A DNA stretch of 64,000 nucleotides from Ptychomitrium polyphyllum (GCA_973851085.1 OZ316775.1:4402001-4466000), one strand, 5' to 3'; shown: positions 1 through 15,300, counted from the first letter of the stretch. A program made the numbers and translations. Notes: generated by a model from the sequence alone, not told the origin.

Positions 1-2664
1 AAATACTTCCACCTTCACCTTCAGCAGATTTAATGCCCAGCTTGTGAACAACATCCCCAACCACTCCTTCTCCGTGAATTTGGGAGACACACTCAGTAGC
101 GTATGGGGAGTTTCGAACTGGAGACGCACTATGAACCAAGTGAGAACTCTCTCGACTATCATGGATAGGAACAGATATTTCCACATCATCTTCATCCATA
201 GCCTGGGGACCATCATCTCCTTGATCTGATTTGAACGTAACACCCTCCGCCACCATATCCTTGGCACATCCCGTACTCGGTGCATTTTTAGGATTTTCGA
301 GCTTCTCTAATCTTGATAATTCTCTTTCGACCTGCTCAATCTCAGACTCGACTTTCTCAACTCTCAGCAATATAGTCTCTTTCGTCCAACCAACCACATC
401 ACCAAATGAAGAGACTTCTTGAGTAAGATCCACAGTAGAGCTTTGCTCAATTAAAGACGGAGAAAATGGTGAAGCTTGACAACTACTGGGCTCTTTTACA
501 GCAATAGGTTTATCTACAGACTCAGAAGTATCAGGCTGCCTAGCAGAAACTTCACAGATGGACTCTGTGACTACACACATATCAGATCTCTTCACCACAT
601 TCTCAGCCACCGCACAAGGTGAGACGGAACAAACAGCTGGCTTCTCTGCTTCATCTTCAACTTTCTCATTCAGCTTTCCTGCTGCGCCTTGCTCATCTAT
701 TTGAGAATCCACAGAAGATTTCAACACACCTGCAAAAAATCAGACACAAAATCAGGTATTGGAAGAGCTTTTAAAGAGTTGTTCACACAGCGCTCAAATC
801 CAACAAAATAACTACTTGTCTAGAGCTACGAACTCTAATGCTGCAGCGTCCACACTAAAAGCTGCAGAGTGACGAAAAGATTTAGTGACAAAAGAAGCAG
901 GAGCGAACAAAATATATCGACTGCCTGCAGCGCCAAAAGAGGAAAGAAGCAGGAGAGGAAGCAAGAAAGCGTACTTTCCAGTGTTTGCTGTAGAGGTGAA
1001 GTAGTTGGTGTTAACGCAGGTGAGGTAGTAGAATTCGACACAACAGAAACCGGGCTTTCCTCTGCTGCACGCACCTCCTGAGTTTGAAGCATTTCTGTTG
1101 TTGTGCCCGAAAGAGTAGCGCTAACAAATGATCTCCCACTTTCGGACATTGTGACTCCTGGAGATGGGGTAAAAATCTCGTCTGTCTCCACAACCTTCTT
1201 TTTCTCATATTTAGCAAGGCCTTGACCCCAACCAAGCCTAGGTCGCTTAGGAGGAGAAGGATGGTTTCCATCATCACGAGAAGGCTCATGAATCGTGGAG
1301 GACGGGGTCGAATGCGGTGAGTGTTGTGGAGAGGGTATACTACCAGACACATCCAGCCCTTGTGGTCTAACTACGGTCTCCTTTGTGGCTCCATTACTTG
1401 GAACATAAGTGGAGGTTCGCGACGCACTGACAGAAGAGGACCTTTCCTTGCGCCTCCAATCAAAGCCAAAAATTGAATCTTTAGTTCCACCCAATGTATC
1501 GCTAGAAAAACCGTCACGACTGCTGCTTCCATATCTATCGAGTCTACTTCCATCTAAATCTCTGTCACCTTGTGACCAGTCCCTTCCTGCTTCATATTGA
1601 GTAAATTTTCCCTCTCTTCTACCACAAGAGTCCGGCTTTCCGGACAATCTCTCACGATGATCCCTCTCTGAACTGTGAGAGGAGTCCCAACTACCAATGC
1701 TAATCAGTCCCTTCGATCTGTCTCTTTCCCAAGACGAATTCTCTACTTCAGACAACACCTGAGAATGATATGGTCGCACAGGTTGGTCGTTTACAACAGA
1801 GCTACCACCATCCCGACCATCTCCAGAGACAGAAAAAGATTCTCTCTTGTGCCTCTCATCCGAGTCTTTAGAACGGTGATCAAAACCTGGGCCGTTACTA
1901 AAACCCGTATTTGCAACAGCACATCCCGACCCTGGATAAAAATCTCTATCAAATTTTCGTGCTATCCCGTTCTCAAGGGGAGAAATCGAACCGAAAGGCG
2001 AAGGCTCTCCTCGATGCCCAGCGGAGCCGTAACGTCCATTTTCGGTATGAAAGCCACTATGTCGTCCTGCAGGCAAAAACGAGTTAGCAAACCAGATATG
2101 GGTGGATGACATTCCAACTTGCACCCAGATACTAAATAATACCAGAAAATACAAATCATTTTCGAAAACAACAAAAGATTTAGTTCAGAAATAGCGGCTT
2201 CACAAAGGAGAGTTGAGGGAGAAAATGATCAGAAAATGAGCAAAAGAAGGTTCTTGATGTTGAGATAATTCATCAACAGATATCTCGATATCGAAACAAA
2301 CAGATGCGCGAAGGCTTCTAAATACGAAGACGAGACAACCTTAAAGTCAAGCCGAGAAGCATGCCTCCTCACAAGCAGACCTCCGAAAGTCCTCCGTAAG
2401 CAGTTCACTCAGCGAGTGCTGTAACAAATCGTAAGTATGGCAAGAACCTCACTCACCATTTAGTCGACGTTTGTTTGGGGGGCCAAGACTTCCATTAAGT
2501 GGGTGCAACCCGCCAAACGCTCTCTGATAGGGTGCTCCCGAAGACGGCCGATCAGAATTCCACTCCCTCTTTCCACCAATAATTCTGTCCCTGTCACTTC
2601 TATCTAACCTCACATCCCTGTTGTAAGGCTCTCTCTGCCACGCTGATGCATGATCGATAGGCAT
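1..2664 (-). CDS. PWR: POWERDRESS-like SANT/Myb-domain nuclear corepressor (NCoR1-like); N-terminal coding exons, gene continues past the window start
   Basis: Exons 2664-2457, 2066-975 and 729-1 join in frame through GT-AG introns (both phase 1). N-terminus MPIDHASAWQRE and the motif KRPRLGWGQGLAKYEKKKV resemble Arabidopsis POWERDRESS (recalled as MPQDHASWDRKE and KKPRLGWGEGLAKYEKKKV). The last exon contains a coiled-coil-like EKVESEIEQVEKELSRLEK. An upstream in-frame ATG lies at 2733, directly after an AG acceptor; UTR exons probably extend to about 4070. Confidence 0.8.
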
Positions 2665-5600
2665 GGAAGTCGATGAGTCGCGAGCATTGGGCGGCGCGGT
2701 TGCACGGGCATCACCCCTGCTAGGACTATACATCTGCTCTTGCCTAGCGATTAATGCTATAAACGCTGTGAAAGTAATATACTACCAATCCAGCCCAGAG
2801 ATAAATGAAACTGCGGTTTCCAAACCTCCTCACCAAACATGGACCAACACTCCCTTCGAGTTCTTTTTCCGCACTGGCGTCCCGTCCTTTCCTGCAGGCA
2901 TCACAATCGGTTACTCATCTGGACCTTAGTATAGAACCATGTGTGTAGAACTACGACATTAACAACGTTCATTACAGCACAATCATTCCTGAAGAAAGGA
3001 GATAAGGCCGTGTCCGTGCTTGCGCCAAAGATCAAATGGGAATGAAATCTTCAGTACAAACTGCATGCCACAACTCTCACGGACAACATGCTGCCAAAGT
3101 AAAGAGGATATAGCCATATGACGCTCATAACTGCTCTGCCACAACACCGGAGTTCTCCAAATTAGGACGTACACCAACGTCCAGAGTACAAGGACGTGAA
3201 AGGTGACGGACAGCGTAGACATCGACTAAAGGAAGCCTTGTAGCCGGAATCACCCGCTTCAAACCAAAATGCTCATAACATCTTTCGGCTGCTCTTCTTC
3301 CAGAGCCACCACTTGGAGGATATCGTCCAGAAAGCACCACAACCAGAAGGCCATGTCTCACGTCCCTCAAGGGCTTCGACTTGAAAGACTTTAAGTATGT
3401 AAGCACGCAGACACACACAACGCCTCACCTGTGAAAACAAAAGAAGCCCTCCGCTTCTCCCGTTGCAAACCATCAAGTTGGAACGTCCAACCACCAAGCC
3501 ACATCCCTCCTACTTCACACAAAACTATTCTAACGCTACGAGTCACAAAACCTCTACAACCTCGCACCAGTCGCTTCCATTCACATCCTGTCCGTATCCT
3601 GCATCATGAAGCAATCTGCACCCTCTTACAAACCTCACACATCTCTCCCTCGCGGCACCACATCTCTTCCAAGTATCATGTATCGCAGCACACCATCAAC
3701 CCGCCAACCAACCAACCAACCACCACCGCATCCTCCTCTCTCTGCCTCCCTTCTCTTCTCTACTCAACGCCCTCCGCAACGCCGCCTCCACGCGAGACCG
3801 TACTCTACCCTCCTCCTCGCCATCTTCCAGCGCTCACCGCAGTAACGTCATCCCTCTCGACGTCATCATCGTCTCTCAAAACCACGCCCGGGCTGGCGTC
3901 AAACCTCAACAGCACTCACTACCTTACCCTAGCATACCCTGCACCACCACATCACGCCCCCTTCCAAAACGGCCGCACGCCACAGAAACGCGAGCGAGGA
4001 AACAGCGGCAGCGGCGCCACCGTTCCCCTTCCTCCAGCACGCACTCCACACCGCGGCGCGCGCGCGCCTTGAGCGGCCACGGTTAAGCTTCGACGCTGTC
4101 GCGACAGCGTCACACCATCCTCTCTGTGTCCCTCAGTGCAGCTCGTGGCGATGGCGAGGGTTTCGTCCTCACAACGACGATGATCGAGGGATCCCTAAAC
4201 TCTGCAAAATGGCGAAAACCAGGAAAACGAAAGGAAGACGATGAAGCCTCTCCAACACACACTGGAAAGAATGGCGGGCTCAGGGCTCACTGGAAAAGGC
4301 CCAACCGCGCGACCGCGCTGAGAATCGCGCTGGGGACCCTGCGAGGAACTGCCCACCTTACCATGCGGTTGCTGGCACCAGGGGGGGAAGTGGGCCTCTT
4401 TGATTCCCGGAGCGCCGCTAGAACCGCGCGGTTCACCGCTTTGTTACCGCGCAGTTACGGCGGGTGGGAGTGAAAGTACCTAGGCGGGGGAAGCGGGAAG
4501 GGAGGAGCTACGTTCATCCAAATCGCCTCGTTCGTCGAAGGAGCTCACGCGGTTTCGTGTGGGCCAGGACAATAGGGTGGGGCGCAGTGGGGCGGATGAA
4601 GAAAGTCTTCCACCATTGGATTGGTGAGAGTGCCGCCCATTCTCGTTATTCATAGAGCTCTCTAGTGACTAACGATGCTCCATCCACGTAGCTTCTAGGT
4701 TGGGCTCTCTTTCATAAGGTTCATCATCCCCAATTGAAGTTCAACCTAGCCATTTCCTTATCGATAGGCCTCTCATTTTAATTTTTCCTCTGTTTGCCAT
4801 TCTTGGAAATTAGTCCTTATTCTAAGAAACGAGGGAGTTAATTTATCTCTGTTTAGATGGGAAGCTTCTCCAGTTTTGCAACTACAGTACAGTGTACCCA
4901 GTTTACATTTGGCATATGTTGCCAATTACTTCATTCTTCACCACCATTACTGAACTGAAGTCTGCTCAGATCTTTTAATATTAGCCAGAAGGTGGGTCCT
5001 TCCATGCTATGCATTTCAACTGGCAGAAAATTTTCTTTGCTGGCTTTTCCAATGTCATGCTCAAAATGATTATAACCTCATGCCCACAGGTGGTGACTCA
5101 TCAAGCTGTTGCAGAAGCTAAGTGCTCAAACAAAGTTTCTAGTCCTTTTTCATTCATCCAATTCAATTCACGTCATAGCCATGATTTCCATTAAGGGATT
5201 GGGCCTACATCACATACTCATACATGCAAAAGGCTATGGAAAGTCTTGATTGAGTGCAGAGGGCCCCAGGATTTCATCTAAGGGTCCCAGTTTACTAGTA
5301 CTGTGTTTTCACATTTATCCATGCAAGTAAGATAAAGTAAGTTCCAGGTTTACAGTGGATTTCGAGGGATGTTAATATTTGAAAATTAATCTTAAAGTTT
5401 GCCATCAATCATGGCAAGTTCCAAGCAGGGGCCCATCTTCCAACAAATCTGTGAGTGACATGATTGCCCCGCAAGAATAGGGGTCCCCTTGATATGTCAC
5501 ACATCATGCCACCATATGAAATGGGTGCAATCAACCAATAGCAATGTCATAGTTCAATTCAAATGGCACTCCTTCACAATTTGATTATATTTTCAGGGTT

Positions 5601-8600
5601 CAAATGATGGTGAACTTGAAGTGACATTCTTGGACTTCCACTAACTGAGTTTTCAAGGGTAGATGATATATATAGGGCACACTGATTGAGCATTCCCTGG
5701 AATGGTTGGATTTGATTGTCAACAACCTCAATAGGCAGTGTCTGCAATTTGATTCAAAGTGCATGAAACAGAACACAAACACCAATTAACTCCTTTGTTT
5801 GTCATGGCACTCTCATGCAATCACACTCTTGTGGCCACATATCCTCCAGATTTCCAATACCAATCACACATAGTTGCAAATTACATTGTTACAATGGGTT
5901 TCAAACACCATCACCAATAGTAAGTTGAGTCACATCACAAAATTCAAGGACAGAATTAGGCTTCACTACAGTACCCTGAATGCTTTCTTTTTTTGGAAAG
6001 GAAACAATAATTTTCTTCCTGCTGCTAAAAGAAGTACAACTGCCAAAGGTGATGGACCACCTGGTCTCTCAATTTTTATGTTGTCAAAATAAAGAACCCT
6101 GACCATTCTCCCTGACCTTCATCTGCACTCTGATATCCAGTTTTTATATATTCAACACTACTCAATTGCTTCCCAGCAGATTACAAACTTGCCTGTGAGC
6201 TTCTTCTTTTTACTAGCACTGGAACCAGTCAGTTTCTCCTGCTAAAAAAGTGTCATTCCAATCTCTTGCATCCCTTCCCCTTAATTTGAGCAATTATTAA
6301 ACAAAATTACTTGTTAGGTCCTTCTCAAAAAGAAAGGCTTTGAAAAAAATATCTAAAAATTCATTTTTATTACTCAAATGAACAAAATGCATTTTAGAAA
6401 GTATTTTGATGATGTTGGTGAGAATTCAACTCCAGCCCTTCCCAAAGCTAGTCAAGTTTCTCAAGCCAATCCTTAGTTAGCCCTAAATACTCAAAACTCC
6501 ATCGTTAGCTTTTCCAAATTGGATGTGCTTTAATACTTGTTTTATAGATTATTGGGACTATTATTTATAAGATTAACTACACTTTAGAAATACAAGGTGA
6601 GGTGCTTCTACTTAATAAATAATCCTAGTGCCACCTAATGTATAATGTAGTGAGAGAAATAAATACTAATTGCAATTAATCAATTTTTTTCTAAAACAAA
6701 AAAAACAAAAAAAACCAATTTTTTTATTTAGGAATTATTTCTTTCAATCCAACAAGTTTTTTATTGATATATTCTTAAATTAGAATAAAAGTTCAACTTG
6801 CACTATCATACTTTTTTATTTATTAAAATATTATAAATAGGCTAAACAAATTTTCATAAAGCAATTTTTATAAACACAACAAAGTCTATAACAACAAGTA
6901 AAATGCTATACAGTAACAAGAAAATGCACTCAATAATAAATTCTAGGTATAATTGCTTTTGAATAGTAGTAGTTGTACAACATAATGATTTCAAAAGTAA
7001 AGATAAATCCTATATCAACTCTTATAGCTAAAAGTAAAATAGGCTAAATTTGAAAAAATTATAAATAATCTTCCAATAAATACTTCCTTAAAGTATGACA
7101 AAAATTTAAATTTTTTTGTCTTTTGAAAGTATCTAATTAAATTATTTTTTTTGAAGGCTTTTTAATAGAAGGTCTTATATTTCATTGATGTTTTTGTTTC
7201 AAAGATTATTGTTTTGTGTCAAAGTCAATTCTTTAGGATTTAGCCTTGTAGGGCCTAAAAAAACATATTACAAGATTTTAAATATTATTTTTTATTTTTT
7301 AATATACTACCAAAATATCATTTATAATATGTTGACATTTTGATAATATATTACCAAAACTTTTAATATACAAAATTATTCAACTAAAGAAGATATTGAA
7401 ATTCAATTTATACTCATACTACATATAATCACTAAATAGTTTTGTACCAATATTTTAATACATTTAATTAAATAAACTGTATTGATTTTAAAAATCTGCT
7501 AATCAGGCAATTAGTAGAAACTGTAAATATTTGTAAATTAAAGTTTTTTATTATATAAAAATATATAATATGTTTATTTATTATAGGTTCATTGGATTAA
7601 AATCCACAGAAGTGTGGAATTGAAATTGGAAAAAAATACTAGTATACAACATTCTTTGCCTCACTTATTACATTCTTTATCTTCATTTATATGAAAGCCA
7701 AAATGGATTGAATTGTGTACTACAATCTACTGTATCAATTCTAAACATATAAAATAAAAACATGGTAAAAGTTTCACTTTCATTTTGCTTCACTATCTCT
7801 TAATTAGAGTTAAAGAGGCTTTGGGTTTTTGCTAACTAATCATGCTTGTATTTAGTAAAGTTGGATTTTGAAATTGTTTCTAAAATGAATAGTTATTTTG
7901 GCGTTTGAGTCACAAAAGAATAAAATGCTTAATATTTTGACAAAAGTTTGTGGATGAATGACTATTAAATTTTTTTACTAATTTTATTCTTTAAATTAAT
8001 AAACTTTTGAGTGGTTATAGAATATTAACTCCCTAGTACAAAATACATGATAAAACATAATATTTTCAATACATTCTGGTATTCTACTTTGTCAATGATT
8101 TGAAGCATATTTTTAAAAATGACTTGTAATGTGTGGAAGTGCTTGTATTTTAGGGAAGGCCAATTTTTTAGTTGGTAATTTCATAATACTAAAATACAAT
8201 TAATATCATTTTGACCTAGTTTATTCAATAAATAATGAACAAAAATTACTCAATATGATGCTAAGTACATCCAACACCATGAAAGAAAAGAATTTTAGAC
8301 ACTTGTAGATATCTACTAATGTTTCATCTTTAACTTTTAGTTTTGGATGATCAATTAGTAAAAGGAAAAGGAAAAGGAAAGGAAAGCAATGGATATAGGA
8401 GCATCCACCTCACCATAAGGTAAACAATATGATGCTTCAACATTACCACTTGGATGGGCTCCTGTGTTTGCAAATGTGACTCAATACCCATATTGTAGTC
8501 TGAATATAGGAAGTGCTTCTGCATGATACATATTGCTTGTTAGCCTTGTCACAACAAAGCAGCAGAATTTTCATCCTGCAGTATCTTATATCTTTCAACT

Positions 8601-10669
8601 TTTTGACTACAAGTCAAAAACCAACTGGACCCCACTGTGGATGAGTTTCAATACACCATGATAAAGTATACAATGACCTCAACATTCTGTTGGCTTCTAG
8701 TCATAAAGCTCTGGCATGACTCACAAACATTTATTGCATTGTGATGACTTATGCAGCCTTTTGTTCCCGTCTAAAGGCAAGGTAGGGTTCTACACACCCT
8801 TAAAGTACACACGGCTATCTGCAACTCAGTAAGGGTAAAAGTTGTTTGATTATAAGTGTGAAGTAAACCTAGTTCCTTTGGCAAGTACAAGTGAATGATA
8901 GTTGATCAACATCCTTCAGACACTTCTAAACACCTTTGCTCAATATTTTAATTATTGACAGTTACTGTATAGAAAACAACAAAGTTAAAATCATATTTCT
9001 TTCAAAACTTCTAATTTATTTCAAAATGTTGAAACTTTTATATTTTTCTAGAACATCAAATATGTTACATCTTACAAAAAAATTTCCAATTACTATCCAT
9101 TTATTAATATTTGGAAGTTGTTCCTTCAATTTTAAGTGAAACAATTCATCAAAAATCCAACTTCTGTTCAAGCAAAAGTAGTAATTGGTTCACAATCATT
9201 ACAGGTTGATTTAGATTATGTATGTATGTAAGAATTTGAAAATGTATATTAAAGTGTAGAAATGCATGTAGTAAAGAACACATGAATGAAAAGTGATGAT
9301 CAATTGTAATAATATGTTTTTATGAGCCAGTACTATTTAAAATGGATCTGAAGTTACATGCAGTTATTGTAATTTCATATTTAAATGCTAAAATAAAAAT
9401 ATTTAAAACAAAGCGTATTCAATAATGTTTCAAATTTTTGCATTTGTTGCTACCGGCAATGGAAAAAAGATAATAAGCACAAAAATCACCTCTAAATTAT
9501 GAAATAATTTTTATTATAGAAACCTTGATAGAAGTATTCAAAACTTTAAAATCAGTTTCAGAAGAAAAAATTGGAAATAAAGTATGTTATATTAAACATT
9601 CTTAGTTAAAAAGAAAAATCAAAATCAAAGTCTTTATTTCATTTTTTAAAATACATGAAAAATACAAGACGGCATATTTTGAAACGGTTCAAAGGAAATA
9701 TAACATATCTAATTGTGCAATATAGGTTTAAATTTATTGAGACTTATTTCAACAAATACTACATTTTTCATCAATTTCATTTAATATTAGTTGTTCAACA
9801 TAATACATTTAAAAACTATAAATGCAACTTCTATACACTTAAAATGATTGTATAGAGAAACAATCCAAAAAAAAATTCAAATTTCATTAAATTTTCTAAA
9901 ATTATGCAAAAAATTGCCTTTTAGATTCATATAAATGTAAGTAGCGCTTTAATTCAATATATAAAAAGTTTATCCTTTGATATTTCTAAGATTTGCCATG
10001 ATTATACACATTTGCTATTAAATTAAATCAAAAAAAGAAAAAACAATCTCCATTTCAAACATTAGAATGTCGGAGTATATTATTATTTTGTAATGAAAAA
10101 AACAAATGAAAATTTTAACAAATAAAACCTCCTTATAATTTGCAACTCTCTTCAGGATCAAAATATGAAAGATAACTCAAAATTCTTGTAAAATTCTAAC
10201 AATAATACTTTATAAGTTATATAATCTTTTTTTATAGTGATAATGAAAATCTACTAATTTTTTCATCTTTATAGCAAAATATAAGCACAACAAGTATTCT
10301 GATGGATTAGACTAAATGCATGTAAAATTTCAACACACATAATGCTAAAATTTTGAAATACACTACGGCCTTTTAATAGCCTCATTTTTCAATATTTATA
10401 TTACAGTACATTTTGTTGTAAATTCTTGAAAATCTGAAAAATCTATCATACCATTAGTACCTACAATTGAATAAAAAACATAACATTTTGCTGCATATAC
10501 ATATTGCATAGGTTAAAATCTTACAAATATAATTACATAAGATCCATTAAAAAAAAATCCATTTGAATTAGTAAACAAGAATCAGCATGTACCAAGTTCA
10601 AATACAAATAATTTCATTAATGTTTTCCAACACAATAGTCAACAATATAACAATTTGGAATATATTTAA

Positions 10670-11100
10670 TGACACAAACACAAATCAAGCGTCATAGTCT
10701 ATACTACCTTTTAAAACCTTGTGGTTCATTATACTAGCCTCTTAAAACCCTTTCAATACATATATAGCCATTTCAACTTTTTGAAAAATTTCAGGTAAAA
10801 GTTCAATTTTATTGAAAAATATTTTAAAAAGATTCCATATACTTCTAAAACATTCTTAAATTTCATTGGAAGTTTAATAAAAAGTATTATAAGAAATATA
10901 AGTGTCATAGTATGAATAGAATGTAAGACAAGGTTTACCATAGTTTTGCTAATACAAGTTGTCGATCATATTGTATTGTGCCCTTACTTTAATCTTTGTG
11001 CCAATTTTTGTTAATCATTAGCTCTTTGGAAGCTAATTTTTGGAAACCAACCTAAAAAATACTTCATGTTTGCTTCTTGTTTCTTGTGTTTCTAAATGTT
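10670..11100 (+). mobile_element. Degenerate LTR, family A copy 1
   Basis: Aligns by eye with 16348-16755 (same strand) and 58390-58796 (opposite strand), e.g. tatgaataga..acaaggtttacc..ttaatcattagctctttggaagctaat..ttcttgtgttt. Confidence 0.65.
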
Positions 11101-11787
11101 TGGTAAAAATATTCTTCATCTTTGTTAAAGCCAAGGTTTCCATTAAGTAATGGATTTCCATCTTCTTTGAGATCCAAAAGAACCTTGGAAATTGCGGATT
11201 TTCTTCTTCTAAGCTGATACTATAAAATTGATTAATTTCTTCTTCTAAAAGCAAGTGTTATTTCTTTTGAAGTAAAATTAATCCTACATAAGACGTCAAC
11301 TACTTTCTTTTAAAAATATTGATAATCATTTTGTCTCTAACAATCTTAAGTACATAATTTTTCTTTCTTAAAGATATAAAAGGTTCTTTGAAGTTGTAGA
11401 TTACCTTCTTCTAAGCTAGTTCTTTATTCTCTTCTCCTTCTTCTTTATTTCATTTACAAAGTTTATTGGTCTACATATGAATAATGTGTTAGGAACATTG
11501 GAGAATAGGTTTACAATGATTGTAGACCTTCTAGACTTATATTATGGTTTAACCAGAACTAGCTCGTTTCAAAACCACCAACAATTAAGAGCAACTTACT
11601 AGTCATATTGAAGAATTCAATGGTGATATTCAAAGTTTATATTAAAAAAAATCTTGATTGCGAGTGGCCAATGTTGGAAGAGAACTCTTACATTAAAACC
11701 ACATCAAGCAAAAAATTGATACGCCATTAAATTTTAATTGATGAAGATAAAAAGTGAGATGCTTTGTTTAATAAATAAGGCTCTATT

Positions 11788-12246
11788 TGTCATGGATATA
11801 TATATCGGAAGCATTTAGAAAGGTCTTTAGAAGGTTTAAGAAGATTAAGGAAGCTTCCAAGAAAATTACCTTGGTTTAAGAAGCTTCATGGAAGTTATCT
11901 TGATTTAAGAAGCTTCCAACGAAGTTACCTATGGTTTAAGAAGCTTCCACAAAAGTTATCTCCACACATGAAGCTTCTAAAGAAGCAACTTAAGGTTGCT
12001 TGAGTACAAAGCAATGTAATATAAGCTACTCAAGAAGCTTTCAAAGCTTGTAGTCATAATATATGTAGAAGTTAAGGTTGAAGGGATCTTCAAGCTTGAC
12101 AACGTATCTCTTGTGGTTTAGCTCAAACCTTTTGCATCTATCTTTGTACATTATTATAGCTCTTTACTTCAAATATACCTTGAACATATTTTATTCCACA
12201 TCCTGAAATTCTGAAGCTTTGTCTTGTCGTTACTCAGTTCGTAACA
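11788..12246 (+). mobile_element. Gypsy LTR, family B; probable solo LTR
   Basis: Starts TGTCATGG and ends GTAACA (TG..CA). Contains ~28-bp tandem subrepeats (aagaagcttcc..gaagttacc) and is homologous to 61268-61657. Flanks CTATT/CTACC fit a 5-bp target-site duplication with two C>T changes. Confidence 0.8.
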
Positions 12247-12369
12247 CTACCTCAGTTTGCATCAATCTCGCAATTATGATGGCACCATTTTAGTGGAATT
12301 AGTAGCCACTTTTCTATCATAGAATCCACTATCATGATTCGTACCATTAATGATGAATAAGTCATCAAT

Positions 12370-15300
12370 ATTGAACAATTTAGATGCTTTTATAGAAGTG
12401 TTGACATATACATTTAGAGACTCTAAGCAAGAGATGGTAGTTAAAAACAAAGATCCAAAGTCTACAACAAGGACAACACTTGGCCACTAAATATATTGTA
12501 GAATTTCAATAATTAATTTATTAATTTGATTGAAATGACAAGACTTTAGTCAAACAATTTCGATGGAGCTTGAATGAAGATGTGAAGGATTTGCTATTTA
12601 CAATGCCAATGATTTATATACTAGACAAATTCATTACTCAAGCAATAGCATGTGGCAATAAATTATTTGAGAGATGCCAAGAACAATGCTTGGGATGGAG
12701 AGCGTTACATCAAGGTATAACAACCACGTCTTCAAGAGTATTAAAAAGACAACCATTAGAACTAGAACTTATGCAAATTGATGCTGCTCAATTTAGATGT
12801 TTGACTATAAAAAAGAAAAAAAGATGTCAAAAGAGAAATTTATATTCATATTGTAGTAAGTCTTGACATAAAGTATGCAATTGTCTAATCAAGGAACTTG
12901 CCTTCAAGGCTTAGAGCACAATAGTAGTATTGAAAAACAAATATGTACAATTATAATAAGAACCATGTGATTGGTAAGAGACCTTGATTTGATGGTATCA
13001 CTTAATGCAGAATCCATTTTATTTGTAAAAAAGAACAATGAATCATTATGTACGTCCGTGGACTATTGAAGCTTCAATAAAGTGATAAAAAAAATTATTA
13101 TCCACTAACTTTAATTTCAGGCCTTCTACACCAACTTAGCCAAACAAAGGTTATTACCAAAATTGATCTTAGAGGAGCTTACAACCTTGTACATATAAAA
13201 GAAAGAAAACAATGGAAGACAACCTTTTCAATTTAAGTATGGCCATTTTAAATATAATGTCATGCCTTTTGGCCTTCCTAATGTCTTTATAGTCTTCCAA
13301 CACATGATGAATGATATCTTCCATGAACATTTGGACAATTTTATAGTCATCTACTTAAATGACATTTTGATATATTCAAAGGATGAACAAGACCACAGAT
13401 TTTACATGTGATTGGTCTCAGAAAAAATACGCCAACAAGGATTATATGCCAAATTAGAGAAGTGCCTTTTTCAGAAATCCTTAGTTGAATTTTTAGGCTA
13501 CATCATTTTAAAGGGAATAATCCATATAGATGAGAAGAAAATAAGCACTATAATGGAGTAGAGTAGACTAAGATCAATTTGAGATGTTCAATGCTTCTTA
13601 GAATTTGCAAACTTCTATATGTTATTCAATAAGGATTATTCTAAGATTGTAGCATTATTGACACGACTTATGGAGAAGCAAAAATTTATTAGGAATGAAG
13701 AAGCAAAGGGAACATTTCAAGGTCTTAAAAAATCATTCACGTTGGCTTCAATTCTTATTCATCCAAATCCATCATAACCATTTTATTCAGAAGTGGTTGC
13801 CTTAGATTTTGTGCTTAATTTGTTAATTTTACAGAAAACAAAAATGAAAGATTTCATCCAATTGCCTTTTATTTAAGCAGTTTCTGAGCAGCAATGATTA
13901 ATTATGATATACATGACAAGGGATTACTTGCAATTGTGGATGCGTTCGAAGAATGGTGACATTTGTTGGAAGGAGCTCAATATACCATCACAATATATAT
14001 AGACCAAAAGAACTTGAAGTACTTCATGAGTGCGTGCATTTGGAATTGTTATTAAGCAAAGTAAAATATGTCACTTTTCAAATTTGATTTTGTCATTACT
14101 TATTGACCTAATAGCCTACAAGATAAGTCAAATGCCTTATTTTGTAGATCATATTTGGCTCCTAAACCTAAAGATGATGTTTTAGATAAACAAAGGACTA
14201 TTCTGTAAAAGCCATAAAATCTTCAATTGAAAGCAACAATTATTACCACAACATCCTATTTCAACAAAATTTGAAGGGCATTGGAGAATGGTGTATTTAT
14301 TTTAAATATGAGGAGGCGCCTCAGAGACAATAATAATGACAACTTTGAATTCCAAGTGGGGCTACTATATTATAAAAGACTATTGTATCTACATCCAAGA
14401 CCCTTACAATTGAAGATCCTTCAAGCATGTCATGATTTTTCAGCAGCAAGGCATTTTAAATTCAAAAAAGCAATGAAGTTGATTGCAAAAGATTAGTGGT
14501 GGTTATAAATGTAGAAATATGTGATGGACTTTGTTTGATCATGCGACACTTGTGCAAAGGCCAAAGTACCAAGATACCAACCTCATGGTCTCTTCCATTT
14601 GCTTCTAGTGCCAAAGCATCCATGGATATCATTATCAATGGATTTTATTACAAATTTCCTAAACTTCAACTTTAAGGAATTTGTTTTAATAGTGATGGAT
14701 TGGTTTACCAAAATGGCGCATTTCATTCCATCCAATAAAATGGTAACGGAAGAAGAAACTGCCAAGTTGTTTCTAAATCACAATTACTGCATATATGGAC
14801 TATTAAATCATATTGTATATGATCGAAGACTGTAGTTCATTTTTAACTTTTAGAAGGCTCTATTCTAGTTGTTGCGTGTAAAGATCAACCTTTCTTTAAT
14901 ACACCATCCGCAGATTGATGGTCAAACCAAATATGTGAATCAAATTTTGAAAAAGTACCTTCATTGCAACATAAAATACCAATAAGACAATTGCATGGAC
15001 CTCTTTTTTTTAGCAGAATTTGCTTACAACAATGCAAAGCATTCTTCAACAATGTAAAGTCCATTCTTTGCAAACTACAGCCACTATCTTCAAGCACATC
15101 CATTTCAAGTCAAACATGTTAGAAGTCCTGCAGCAGAAGATTTTGCAACTCAACTTACAACAATCCACCAAGAACTTGCTTATTAATTACAAAAAGTTCA
15201 AAATTAGTACAAAATTTATGCAGCTCAACATTAAAAGGACCATTCAAAGTTCAAATTTGGAGATAGCATATGGCTGTTACGACAAAATATATAAACAAAA

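Noticed and set aside
3431..4473. 213-aa and 115-aa plus-strand ORFs
   Set aside because: Non-ATG starts and low complexity; they overlap the GC-rich 5' UTR and promoter of the PWR-like gene.
11810..11990. ~28-bp tandem repeats as a CRISPR-like array
   Set aside because: There are no unique spacers; these are internal subrepeats of an LTR that recurs at 61268-61657.
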